Shown one piece after another: positions 8,969 to 16,671 of a DNA stretch of 32,000 nucleotides (the first letter of the stretch is position 1; every line of letters begins with the position of its first letter). Origin of the DNA: Candidatus Methanoperedens sp. (GTDB lineage Archaea > Halobacteriota > Methanosarcinia > Methanosarcinales > Methanoperedenaceae); the NCBI GenBank assembly GCA_041494705.1, contig JBGQBI010000004.1, positions 120,001-152,000 on the forward strand, in the 5' to 3' direction. Below the pieces are notes generated by a model. It was not told the origin of the DNA. It saw nothing but the letters and a program-made list of their open reading frames with translations, and did not search any database. Made by a program: the position numbers and the translations under genes.

Positions 8969-9985
8969 TCAGAACTCTATAGATGATGAATCCCCTATAT
9001 TAAGGGAATTATGTTTCCCGTGTACACTGGCATCATCTCCAACGATTGACCTCTGTAGATTGACTTTCGAGATATGCGAGCGTGAGCCTATCACGCTGTC
9101 CGAGATGATGCTGCTCTCAATATAAGAATCGCTCGCAATGGATGCGTGAGGTCCAACAACCGAATTAATTATCGTTACGTTATCACCTATGGCAACCGGC
9201 TGGATTATCACCGAATCTTTTATCTGATGCACATGGTCAATATCCTCCTTCTCATCCAGCAGTACCCGATTTGTCTCAAGCAGGGACTCCGGATGCCCGC
9301 AGTCATACCAGCTTGAAACCGGGAAAGTTTTAAGACGGTGTCCTCTGTTCACCATCTCCTGCAGAGCATCAGTAAGCTGGTATTCCCCGCGCGTCCGCAT
9401 ATTTTTCTTAATCATATCATCCAGTATCGACAAAAGAACAGAGGTTTCCTTTATGAAATAAACGCCTGCTATACCCAGGTTGGATTTCGGATGTGCGGGT
9501 TTTTCTTCCAGTCTTTTAATATATTTTCCCTCAAGCTCTACAATACCGTATTTCCTCGGGTCATCTACCTCCCGCACTCCAATCGATGCTGCGCACTCGC
9601 CGTTGGTCAGATAATGTTTATAAAATTCTGAATAGCCTGCCTTGAAAATCATATCCCCGAGTGCAATCATTATATTAGATTCGCCGATTTCATCCCTGGC
9701 GACATAAATCGAATGACCCAGACCGAGCTGTTCATCCTGGTCAACATATCTGATATTGAAAATGCCCGAATAATTCTTATCCACATACGATATAATCTGC
9801 TCTTTCTTGTAGCCCACTACCATTATTATCTCTTCAGGCTCGACATCTATCATCCTGTCCAGTATATGCCCGATTATGGGCTTGCCTGCGATATACACCA
9901 TTGGCTTGGGTTTTGTGAATGTATGCGGAAAAAGGCGTTTTCCTGCCCCTGCTGCTGGAATGATTACCTTGATTTTATTTTTCAC
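8969..9985 (-). CDS. Sugar-1-phosphate nucleotidyltransferase with C-terminal left-handed beta-helix (hexapeptide) domain
   Basis: KVIIPAAGAGKRLFPHTFTKPKPMV is the nucleotidyltransferase P-loop-like signature. C-terminal hexapeptide repeats are present (IGDNVTIINSVVGPHASIASDSYIESSIISDSVIGSRS). GTG 9985 sits behind AGGAG and is preferred. The tracked TTG 10012, which overlaps the ugd stop, remains possible. Confidence 0.8.
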   Translation of the reverse strand: MKNKIKVIIPAAGAGKRLFPHTFTKPKPMVYIAGKPIIGHILDRMIDVEPEEIIMVVGYKKEQIISYVDKNYSGIFNIRYVDQDEQLGLGHSIYVARDEIGESNIMIALGDMIFKAGYSEFYKHYLTNGECAASIGVREVDDPRKYGIVELEGKYIKRLEEKPAHPKSNLGIAGVYFIKETSVLLSILDDMIKKNMRTRGEYQLTDALQEMVNRGHRLKTFPVSSWYDCGHPESLLETNRVLLDEKEDIDHVHQIKDSVIIQPVAIGDNVTIINSVVGPHASIASDSYIESSIISDSVIGSRSHISKVNLQRSIVGDDASVHGKHNSLNIGDSSSIEF

Positions 9986-10002
9986 GGTCTTTATTCTCCT
10001 GA

Positions 10003-11289
10003 TTACCAGCAAAGACCCACATATTCAATATCTTTCCCCGGCTTAACCAGGATGTGCCGTCCGTCTATTACAAGCCTCTTTTCCATAACATCAAATTCCT
10101 TATTAAGTGATTTAAATTCATCCCATTCGGTCATTATAAGGCAGGCATCAGCGTCGCGTAATGCATCCGCTGCCGAGCTGTAATATCCAATGCCGCTGAA
10201 TAGCTTTTTCATGTTCTCGTTTGCCATCGGGTCGTAAGCAGATACCCTGGCTCCTTCATCCAGCAATTCTTTAATTACCGGTATCGACCTTGATTCCCTG
10301 ATGTCATCGGTGTCATTCTTAAACGCAAGCCCAAGGACTGCGATATTTTTCCCTTCCAGGCTCCCAAGCTTATTTTTTAGCAATAGCACCATCCTTGCCG
10401 GTTGTCCCTCGTTAATCGCAATTACTGATTTAAGCAATTGAGGTTCATAGCCAATCTCCTTCGCCTTGCCTATCAGGGCTTTCACATCCTTGGGGAAACA
10501 TGAGCCTCCAAAGCCGGCTCCTGCATTAAGGAAATGCGGTCCAATCCTGAAATCCTTTCCCACGGCAGACATTACTTCGTAGGTGTCTATATCCAATTTC
10601 TTACAGATGTTCCCGACCTCGTTAGCAAACGAAATCTTTGTTGCAAGGAACGAATTGTTAACGTATTTTATCATCTCAGCCGTGCGCGGGTTTGTCCTTG
10701 TTACCTCGCATTTAAGACCGTTATAAAGAGTGGCTACAATATCCCCGGACTTCTTATCCATCGACCCTACCACGATTTTGTCGGGATGCATGAAATCATG
10801 AACCGCCTTGCCTTCGCGCAGGAACTCCGGGTTCATGGCAATACCGAACTCCCCCTGATGTTTTCCTGAATGTTTCTCTATTATGGGCAGCACTATTTTC
10901 TCTGTCGTTTCAGGTACAACAGTGCTTTTTACAACGATAACATGGTAACCTTTCTTTTTTCTTAGCGAGTCACCAATACTTGCGCTTGCTGCCTTGACGA
11001 TAGCGAGGTCAATGTTGCCTTCGGAGTCGGAAGGCGTTCCCACACAAATAAACGATACATCAGAATTCATTATCGCAAACTCGTAATCTGAAGTGGCGCT
11101 GAGTCTCTTGCCGGCATGTTTTTCCAGTAGTTCCTGGAGTCCTTCTTCATAAATCGGCGGAATGCCTGCATTTATCCGGTCAATTTTTGACTTATCTATA
11201 TCAACACATATCACTTCGTGCCCGAGTTCTGCAAAACATGCTGCGCTGACAGTACCAACGTATCCTGTCCCGATTACTGAAATTTTCAT
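10003..11289 (-). CDS. ugd: UDP-glucose 6-dehydrogenase (nucleotide-sugar dehydrogenase)
   Basis: MKISVIGTGYVGTVSAACFAELGHEV NAD-binding fold, catalytic-Cys motif GFGGSCFPKDVKAL, 428 aa. Confidence 0.9.
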   Translation of the reverse strand: MKISVIGTGYVGTVSAACFAELGHEVICVDIDKSKIDRINAGIPPIYEEGLQELLEKHAGKRLSATSDYEFAIMNSDVSFICVGTPSDSEGNIDLAIVKAASASIGDSLRKKKGYHVIVVKSTVVPETTEKIVLPIIEKHSGKHQGEFGIAMNPEFLREGKAVHDFMHPDKIVVGSMDKKSGDIVATLYNGLKCEVTRTNPRTAEMIKYVNNSFLATKISFANEVGNICKKLDIDTYEVMSAVGKDFRIGPHFLNAGAGFGGSCFPKDVKALIGKAKEIGYEPQLLKSVIAINEGQPARMVLLLKNKLGSLEGKNIAVLGLAFKNDTDDIRESRSIPVIKELLDEGARVSAYDPMANENMKKLFSGIGYYSSAADALRDADACLIMTEWDEFKSLNKEFDVMEKRLVIDGRHILVKPGKDIEYVGLCW

Positions 11290-11417
11290 GAGTTTTCCTG
11301 TTTTGTATCTTTATTTTAACAATTGCCTATAAGTTTTTGGTTTTGCTCGTAATTTTTTACTGATAATGGTGGCTTTTCGTTCATGGCTTTTTTTATATCC
11401 GCAATAGAATGTTGTAA

Positions 11418-12644
11418 TCATTGCGATTTTACAAGTTTTCTTGTATGTTCTGCAACTTCCAGAGGGTCAACGTGCAGCCTTGCCACGCCGCTATCCATAG
11501 CAGCCTGCGCCACGGCAGAAGCAACCGACGGCGCAACCTCCGGGTCAAAAATGCCAGGTATAATCATATCCTCAGAAGGCTCAGGCACAAGCGAAGCCAG
11601 TGCATTTGCCGCTGCCAGTTTCATTTCCTCATTAATATCCTTCGCCCTTACGTCCAGCGCGCCCCTGAATACGCCGGGAAAACCAAGTGCGTTGTTTATC
11701 TGGTTTATGCAGTCTGAACGACCTGTCCCGACAATGCGCGCCCCGGCATGTTTTGCTTTTTCGAGCATGATTTCAGGTATCGGGTTTGCTAGCGGGAAAA
11801 CAATCGCGTCATCTGCCATCGAACGCACCATATCCTCCGAAACTATACCGGCTACTGACAGACCAATGAAAACATCGGCTCCATTCATGGCATCGGCAAG
11901 AGACCCGGATATTCGATTTTTATTGGTAAGCTTTGCAAGCTCTTCTTTGGCAGGGTTTAGGCCGGCTCTGCCTTTATAAATTATGCCTGTGGAATCGCAT
12001 ACAATAATATCCTTCACCCCTTCGTTTATTAATAGCATGGCGCTTGCAGTGCCCGCAGCTCCCGCCCCGCTTATGACTACTTTTACCTCACCGAACTTTT
12101 TCCCGACAATCTTTAAGGCATTAATTAACGCAGCAAGCATTACAAGCGCAGCGCCGTGCTGGTCATCATGAAACACCGGGATATCCAGCATTTTTTTTAA
12201 CCGTGTCTCTATTTCAAAACACCTCGGTGCGCCAATATCCTCAAGATTGATACCACCGAAAACAGGCGCAATATTCTTTACGATATTGATTATCTCATCG
12301 GTATCCTTTGTATCAAGACAGATGGGAAAAGCATCAACCCCTCCGAAGACCTTGAAAAGCATGGCTTTTCCCTCCATTACAGGCATGGCAGCCAATGCTC
12401 CGAGGTCGCCTAATCCGAGAACGGATGAGCCGTCACTCACCACAGCCACAAAGTTTGCTTTTCCGGTATAGCGGTAAACATCTTCGCTGTTTTTATGAAT
12501 CCGAAGACATGGCTCTGCAACCCCGGGTGTATATGCAAGGCTCATATCTTCTTTTGTTTTTATTTTGACTTTGCTTTTCAGGGCTATTTTCCCATGATGG
12601 GACTCATGGAACCGAAGCGCCTTCTCATATATTGTATCCTTCAT
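11418..12644 (-). CDS. NAD(P)-dependent malic enzyme (short form)
   Basis: 408 aa with LAYTPGVAEPC, FNDDQHG-like VFHDDQHGAALV and ISGAGAAGTA dinucleotide motifs, typical of prokaryotic malic enzymes. Confidence 0.88.
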   Translation of the reverse strand: MKDTIYEKALRFHESHHGKIALKSKVKIKTKEDMSLAYTPGVAEPCLRIHKNSEDVYRYTGKANFVAVVSDGSSVLGLGDLGALAAMPVMEGKAMLFKVFGGVDAFPICLDTKDTDEIINIVKNIAPVFGGINLEDIGAPRCFEIETRLKKMLDIPVFHDDQHGAALVMLAALINALKIVGKKFGEVKVVISGAGAAGTASAMLLINEGVKDIIVCDSTGIIYKGRAGLNPAKEELAKLTNKNRISGSLADAMNGADVFIGLSVAGIVSEDMVRSMADDAIVFPLANPIPEIMLEKAKHAGARIVGTGRSDCINQINNALGFPGVFRGALDVRAKDINEEMKLAAANALASLVPEPSEDMIIPGIFDPEVAPSVASAVAQAAMDSGVARLHVDPLEVAEHTRKLVKSQ

Positions 12645-12650
12645 CCATTC

Positions 12651-13316
12651 TCACTCCTCTTGTGCCATTTCCACTGCTTTTTTATGTAACTCCCCTGCCT
12701 TATGTATTCCGCCTTTTATGCCCCGAAGAGCCCTGCACGGGTACTGCTGCACAAGAAGCCCCGCTCTTGCCGGCGCATCTTTTGCGCTCGTTCCCACAAG
12801 CCCCTTCGCCATGTGCCATGTGCTCCCGCAGGGTGCGCCGCGGAGCACTTCCACCTTTGTTATAAGACCGGCTTTTGTGGTTATTTTAAGCTTCGGTCTT
12901 CCGAAACATGAAGCGAATTCGTCAACGACTTCATTACCGCATTGTTCTATATCGCAGCAGATTTCATGAATTTCAACATGCATGTTATATTTTTCAGAAA
13001 TCTTTTGAAGTTCGGATAACCCGCCTGCCCTTGCCGCGCCGCCTGCGATAATTACAGCGCGGGCGCCGTTCTCTCCTGCAAGGCGCACGATTTCGGGAGT
13101 GAGGTCGGGGTGGAGGATGTAGGCTATGACGAGGTCGCTTGAAAAAATGCTTTTATCAAGATTCAGGTTAGCCAAAAAGTCAGATGGAGCCTCTATAAAA
13201 TCGGGAAGGGACTCAGGGATTTCCTGTGAAGAGACCCTGAATGTGGAGTTGTTTTTGATGTTTTCAATAAGGCGTTTGCCATATTTTCCTCTGGAGATTA
13301 CCCCGATTGAGATCAT
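12651..13316 (-). CDS. Cys-rich archaeal protein, probably DUF166/COG1810 family; function unknown
   Basis: 221 aa. The N-terminus MISIGVISRGKYGKRLIENI and several conserved-looking cysteines (EICCDIEQCG, ASCFGRP, GAPCGSTWH, YPCRAL) match my recollection of DUF166. Not verifiable here. Confidence 0.45.
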   Translation of the reverse strand: MISIGVISRGKYGKRLIENIKNNSTFRVSSQEIPESLPDFIEAPSDFLANLNLDKSIFSSDLVIAYILHPDLTPEIVRLAGENGARAVIIAGGAARAGGLSELQKISEKYNMHVEIHEICCDIEQCGNEVVDEFASCFGRPKLKITTKAGLITKVEVLRGAPCGSTWHMAKGLVGTSAKDAPARAGLLVQQYPCRALRGIKGGIHKAGELHKKAVEMAQEE

Positions 13317-13401
13317 TAATTGATAAATTGTCGCTTTAGTATTTTGGTCTTGCGGAATTTAATCAAAACATTCTTATCTTTTTACACTGTAAAAGAAAGT
13401 G

Positions 13402-14592
13402 ATGAGCACTCAAATAATCCAGTCATCAAACTCCCTCGAAGGCAAAACCATAGTCCTTGGAATCACAGGAAGCATCGCAGCCGTCCGGTGCGTCGAGCTT
13501 GCCCGGGAACTCATGAGACACGGCGCAAACGTGCATGCAGTCATGACACAGGCGGCGCAGAAAATCATTCATCCCGAAGCCATGCGTTACGCCACGGGCA
13601 ATCCGGTGATTACAGAAATTACAGGCGGCGTTGAGCATGTGGAATTCTGCGGTATCGGGGGCAAAGCCTCTCTTTTGCTGATTGCGCCGTGCACTGCGAA
13701 CACAATTGGTAAAATCGCGCACGGCATCGATGATACGCCGGTCACGACATTTGCTACGACGGCTTTTGGCTCAGGCATCCCGATAATGATAGTTCCCGCG
13801 ATGCACGAATCCATGTATGACCATCCGATAGTTATTGAAAATATTGGGAAACTCACAGAACTGGGAGTTGAGTTCATAAATCCCATATTGGAGGAAGGCG
13901 CAGCTAAGATAGCCTCAAATGAAGAAATAGTGCTGAGGGCGGAGAGGACGCTTGGCAGGAAAACTCTTGCAGGCAAAAGCATATTGATTACGGGCGGAGC
14001 AACAGCCGAAGCCATTGACCCCATCAGGATTTTGACAAACCGCGCCTCCGGGAAGACCGGAATCGAGCTTGCACTTGAGGCTTTCAGGAGGGGCGCTGAT
14101 GTTACACTTGTTCACAGGGACTGCATCGGGATTCAGGGGATTTGCGAGTTCAATGTCGAGAGCGCACAGGATATGACAGATACGGTGATTGAAGAGCTGG
14201 GCAAAGGATACGACCTGTTCATCAGCGCTGCCGCAATCTCTGATTTCACTATAAAACCATCTAAAACCAAGATAAAATCCGATAAGGGTGTAACCCTGTC
14301 TCTGAAACCAGCGCCTAAACTCATCAAACAGGTGCGGTTGAAATATCCAGGATTAAAAATCATCGGCTTTAAAGCAGAAACCGGGGTAACGGAAGACGAG
14401 CTAATAGAGAGTGCACGCAAATCGATGGAATCGTCCCGGCTTAGCATGGTCGTGGCGAACGATGTATCTTCAGGCGGCATGGGTACAGATACAAATGAGG
14501 TTTATCTTATCGATGACGGGATTAAAAAAGTCAGCGGAACCAAACATGAGATAGCAAAAGAGATAATGGATAAAGTCGAGGCACTTCTCTAA
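13402..14592 (+). CDS. coaBC: Bifunctional phosphopantothenoylcysteine decarboxylase / phosphopantothenate-cysteine ligase
   Basis: Flavoprotein N-domain (GKTIVLGITGSIAAVRCVELARELMRHGANVHAVMT, PCTANTIGK) plus DFP C-domain (ILITGGATAEAIDPIRILTNRASGKTG, ISAAAISDF). ATG 13402 is one codon inside the tracked GTG 13399. Confidence 0.9.
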   Translation: MSTQIIQSSNSLEGKTIVLGITGSIAAVRCVELARELMRHGANVHAVMTQAAQKIIHPEAMRYATGNPVITEITGGVEHVEFCGIGGKASLLLIAPCTANTIGKIAHGIDDTPVTTFATTAFGSGIPIMIVPAMHESMYDHPIVIENIGKLTELGVEFINPILEEGAAKIASNEEIVLRAERTLGRKTLAGKSILITGGATAEAIDPIRILTNRASGKTGIELALEAFRRGADVTLVHRDCIGIQGICEFNVESAQDMTDTVIEELGKGYDLFISAAAISDFTIKPSKTKIKSDKGVTLSLKPAPKLIKQVRLKYPGLKIIGFKAETGVTEDELIESARKSMESSRLSMVVANDVSSGGMGTDTNEVYLIDDGIKKVSGTKHEIAKEIMDKVEALL

Positions 14593-14630
14593 AATCCATG
14601 AAAAACTTTATGAAAGTTTTATCAAAAGAA

Positions 14631-14652
14631 GGGGTATGCCACTGCATACCCC
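14631..14652 (+). promoter_or_regulatory. Perfect 9-bp hairpin GGGGTATGC-cact-GCATACCCC between coaBC and the next gene
   Basis: Read directly. It lies 39 nt after the coaBC stop and 29 nt before ATG 14681. It shares the arm core GGTATGC/GCATACC with the 8868-8888 hairpin. Confidence 0.4.
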
Positions 14653-14680
14653 TATACCGCATAAAGTGAGGTTTCGCTTT

Positions 14681-14968
14681 ATGAAAATAATCACCATTGA
14701 CCCGTGTTTCACAAAGGGAGAGGAGGATTTATTCAGCGGAGAGGCCGAACTTGGCAGTATAAAAATAACTCAGTATGCTGTTGAAGAACTTAAAAAACAC
14801 TTCAATAGCGTGCAGGTAACGCCAGACAACGAGATGCTTATTCTCACCAATTCTCCGGTTGAGAAAATCATTGTTTTCGATACCGGGCGCGCAATAATCA
14901 GGCGCATAGCAAGCAAGGAGCTTGCAGTGAGCAGATTTGAGATGCTTGAGAAAGTGCTTGCTGGATGA
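14681..14968 (+). CDS. Small hypothetical protein (95 aa)
   Basis: ATG 14681 is preceded by GTGAGGT 8 nt upstream. The tracked start 14636 would run through a perfect hairpin (14631-14652). The stop lies 3 nt before the HIT gene start, suggesting co-transcription. No motif recognised. Confidence 0.5.
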   Translation: MKIITIDPCFTKGEEDLFSGEAELGSIKITQYAVEELKKHFNSVQVTPDNEMLILTNSPVEKIIVFDTGRAIIRRIASKELAVSRFEMLEKVLAG

Positions 14969-14971
14969 AAT

Positions 14972-15313
14972 ATGGCAACCGATTGCATCTTCTGCAAAAT
15001 CATCAAAGGCGAATCGCCCGCAAATTTTGTTTATAAAGATGATGACCTGGTGGTATTCCATAACATCAAGCCCTCGGCGCCAGTCCATGTGCTGATAGTC
15101 CCGCTTGAGCATATTGAAAGCGTCAATGCGCTTGAAGAGAAGCACAGCCCCATCATCTCGAAAATGGTGCTAAAGGCAAAGGAAATAGCCAGAACACTTG
15201 GAATCCAAGACAGCGGCTACAAGCTTGTAATAAACGTAGGCAGCGGCGCAGGGCAGGTAATATTCCATCTGCACATACATCTTATTGGCGGGTGGGCGAG
15301 AAGTGAAATTTAA
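14972..15313 (+). CDS. HIT-family (histidine triad) nucleotide hydrolase/transferase
   Basis: 113 aa with CIFCKII at the N-terminus and the histidine triad HLHIHLIGG near the C-terminus. Confidence 0.88.
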   Translation: MATDCIFCKIIKGESPANFVYKDDDLVVFHNIKPSAPVHVLIVPLEHIESVNALEEKHSPIISKMVLKAKEIARTLGIQDSGYKLVINVGSGAGQVIFHLHIHLIGGWARSEI

Positions 15314-15342
15314 TCTAATCGCCGCAAAGCCGCAGAGGGAAC

Positions 15343-15349
15343 AAAAAAA
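15343..15349 (-). terminator. Oligo-T tract directly after the rps27ae stop (archaeal-type terminator candidate)
   Basis: The minus strand reads TAA TTTTTTT GTT, at the end of the eif2g-to-rps27ae operon. Confidence 0.4.
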
Positions 15350-15499
15350 TTACTTCTTGAACTCTGTATAGCCGCACTTACCACATGCAAGGCGGTTCTT
15401 GTGCTCACCAAGGAATACGCCGGGCCCGCATCTGGGACAAGAGGGTTTTATCCTTTTCGCCTTATTATCGCTTATTTCATAAAATTCATTAATTGCCAT
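15350..15499 (-). CDS. rps27ae: Ribosomal protein S27ae (eS31), zinc-ribbon type
   Basis: Not in the ORF track because it is only 49 aa. My manual translation of the minus strand gives [49 protein letters not shown], with CxxC...CxxC. It starts 6 nt after the S24e stop, the conserved S24e-S27ae gene order. Confidence 0.85.
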   Translation of the reverse strand: MAINEFYEISDNKAKRIKPSCPRCGPGVFLGEHKNRLACGKCGYTEFKK

Positions 15500-15504
15500 T
15501 AAAA

Positions 15505-15948
15505 TCACTTCTTTTCAGGTTTTTTCTTTTCTTCTGATTTAGCTTCTGCTTTGGGTTTGGCTTCAGCTTTAGGCTCATGTTTAGCTTCAGCCTTTGGCTC
15601 GGCTTTAACTTCAGCTTCTTTAGCCGCAGGTGCAGCCGGAGCTGCCTGGGCAGGAGCTGCTTCGCCTTCTTTTACCTTTGGTGCATCCCTTGCAACAAGA
15701 TGCTCGTGAGCTAACTGTTTTAAGCGCTCTTCGGTCTGGTAGATACAGGCTGTTCCTGTCAATTCCTGTTTTCCATACATCGTTCCAAGACGCTCTATCA
15801 CGATTAACTCGGGTTTTGAATTCAGCAGCGCTGCAAGTTTGCCCTTAACCTCAATCCTTGAGGGGGTTATTTTATCCTTAACTTTTATCGATATCTCTCT
15901 TCTTTTCAATATGGGATTTGTCTTATCTTTGATAATCTGAACTTCCAT
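15505..15948 (-). CDS. rps24e: Ribosomal protein S24e (eS24) with ~59-aa Lys/Ala/Glu/Pro-rich C-terminal extension
   Basis: The N-terminal ~88 aa ([23 protein letters not shown]...[16 protein letters not shown]...) is a typical S24e core. The tail [59 protein letters not shown] continues in frame with no stop. Confidence 0.85.
   Translation of the reverse strand: MEVQIIKDKTNPILKRREISIKVKDKITPSRIEVKGKLAALLNSKPELIVIERLGTMYGKQELTGTACIYQTEERLKQLAHEHLVARDAPKVKEGEAAPAQAAPAAPAAKEAEVKAEPKAEAKHEPKAEAKPKAEAKSEEKKKPEKK
15508..15684 (-). repeat. Coding low-complexity repeat (KAEPKAEAK-type) forming the S24e tail
   Basis: Imperfect tandem reiteration of gcttcagc(c)tttgg(c)tc-like units on the plus strand, encoding [26 protein letters not shown]. 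Confidence 0.7.
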
Positions 15949-15950
15949 TA

Positions 15951-16484
15951 TTAATTCTCCTTACACTTCATTTTATCAAGCAATGATTGTATTTCTTTTT
16001 TCTTGTTCTCTGTAACTCGAACCAGTACCGCCCCTTTGTCAGGCAACCCATATATAATTACTGATGAAATCGGCGCCATAGCAATTGACGGCAGGGCTGC
16101 AAGATCCTCTTCGCCTTTTATAAATATCTGTACCGGTGTTTTTGATTCCATTGCCCTTGCGATTTCCTGCAACAGTTCCTCCGTTATTGTTCCGGGTGGG
16201 TTTTCAACCGTTATTGTTTTAAAATGCGCATGCCTTGTGCCCTTCATGATTTTATCGGAAGCCGGACCGCGTTTTGTCCTGTCGTCCACAAAGGATATAT
16301 CAGGGACCAGCCCGGCTGTCAGGAGATTGAAAGTGACAATATCCCCTACAGAAATTATTTTAGAATATTTATGTAAATCTTTGATAATCTGCTTTGCATT
16401 CTCGATACCGTCTCCGGAATAAAGTTCACCATGGAGTTTTCGAAGTTCTTCTCTTAACTCTTCCGGCAGGCAGTATTTTTTCAA
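15951..16484 (-). CDS. DUF359-family protein, probable GTP-dependent dephospho-CoA kinase
   Basis: 177 aa with LPEELREELRKLHGELY...ISVGDIVTFNLLTAGLVPDISFVDDRTKRG, matching my recollection of the DUF359 family. It sits at the conserved archaeal position between spt4 and rps24e. TTG start 1 nt after the spt4 stop. Confidence 0.7.
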   Translation of the reverse strand: MKKYCLPEELREELRKLHGELYSGDGIENAKQIIKDLHKYSKIISVGDIVTFNLLTAGLVPDISFVDDRTKRGPASDKIMKGTRHAHFKTITVENPPGTITEELLQEIARAMESKTPVQIFIKGEEDLAALPSIAMAPISSVIIYGLPDKGAVLVRVTENKKKEIQSLLDKMKCKEN

Positions 16485-16485
16485 G

Positions 16486-16671
16486 TTAGCGTACCTTCAA
16501 TGCATACTTTCCCGGTAAATTAACGCTAAGTCTTTTTGCGATCTGTGATTTTTCCGGGTCGATTATAACCACATAACCGCTCCAATCAGAGGTTAGCGCC
16601 GTCGAATTGCAGACCTGGCATATCTGCCCGGTGACTATCCTGTGGCATTGCCTGCAAACGCTTTCTGCCAT
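16486..16671 (-). CDS. spt4: Transcription elongation factor Spt4 (RpoE'')
   Basis: 61 aa with zinc ribbon CRQC...CQVC, then TSDWSGYVVIIDPEKSQIAKRL...GKYALKV. The start overlaps the rpoE' stop (TAATG). Confidence 0.9.
   Translation of the reverse strand: MAESVCRQCHRIVTGQICQVCNSTALTSDWSGYVVIIDPEKSQIAKRLSVNLPGKYALKVR

Noticed and set aside
11316-11384. 22-codon minus-strand ORF (MNEKPPLSVKNYEQNQKLIGNC) in the spacer between the malic enzyme and ugd genes
   Set aside because: It has no SD, is very short, and lies in a region better explained as the malic-enzyme 3' end plus the ugd promoter.
11383-11979. 198-aa plus-strand ORF rich in Ser/Ala/Thr
   Set aside because: It lies entirely antisense to the well-supported malic enzyme gene. 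It has low-complexity composition typical of a shadow frame, no SD and no motif.
14636-14680. Longer N-terminus (MPLHTPIPHKVRFRF...) for the small protein upstream of HIT
   Set aside because: The extension is made of the perfect hairpin 14631-14652. ATG 14681 has a GTGAGGT SD at proper spacing.
15505-15684. S24e tail as a separate gene or a frameshift artefact
   Set aside because: There is no stop or alternative start between core and tail, and rps27ae starts 6 nt after the tail's stop, leaving no room for another gene. An assembly error cannot be excluded from the sequence alone, so it is reported as a finding with that caveat.
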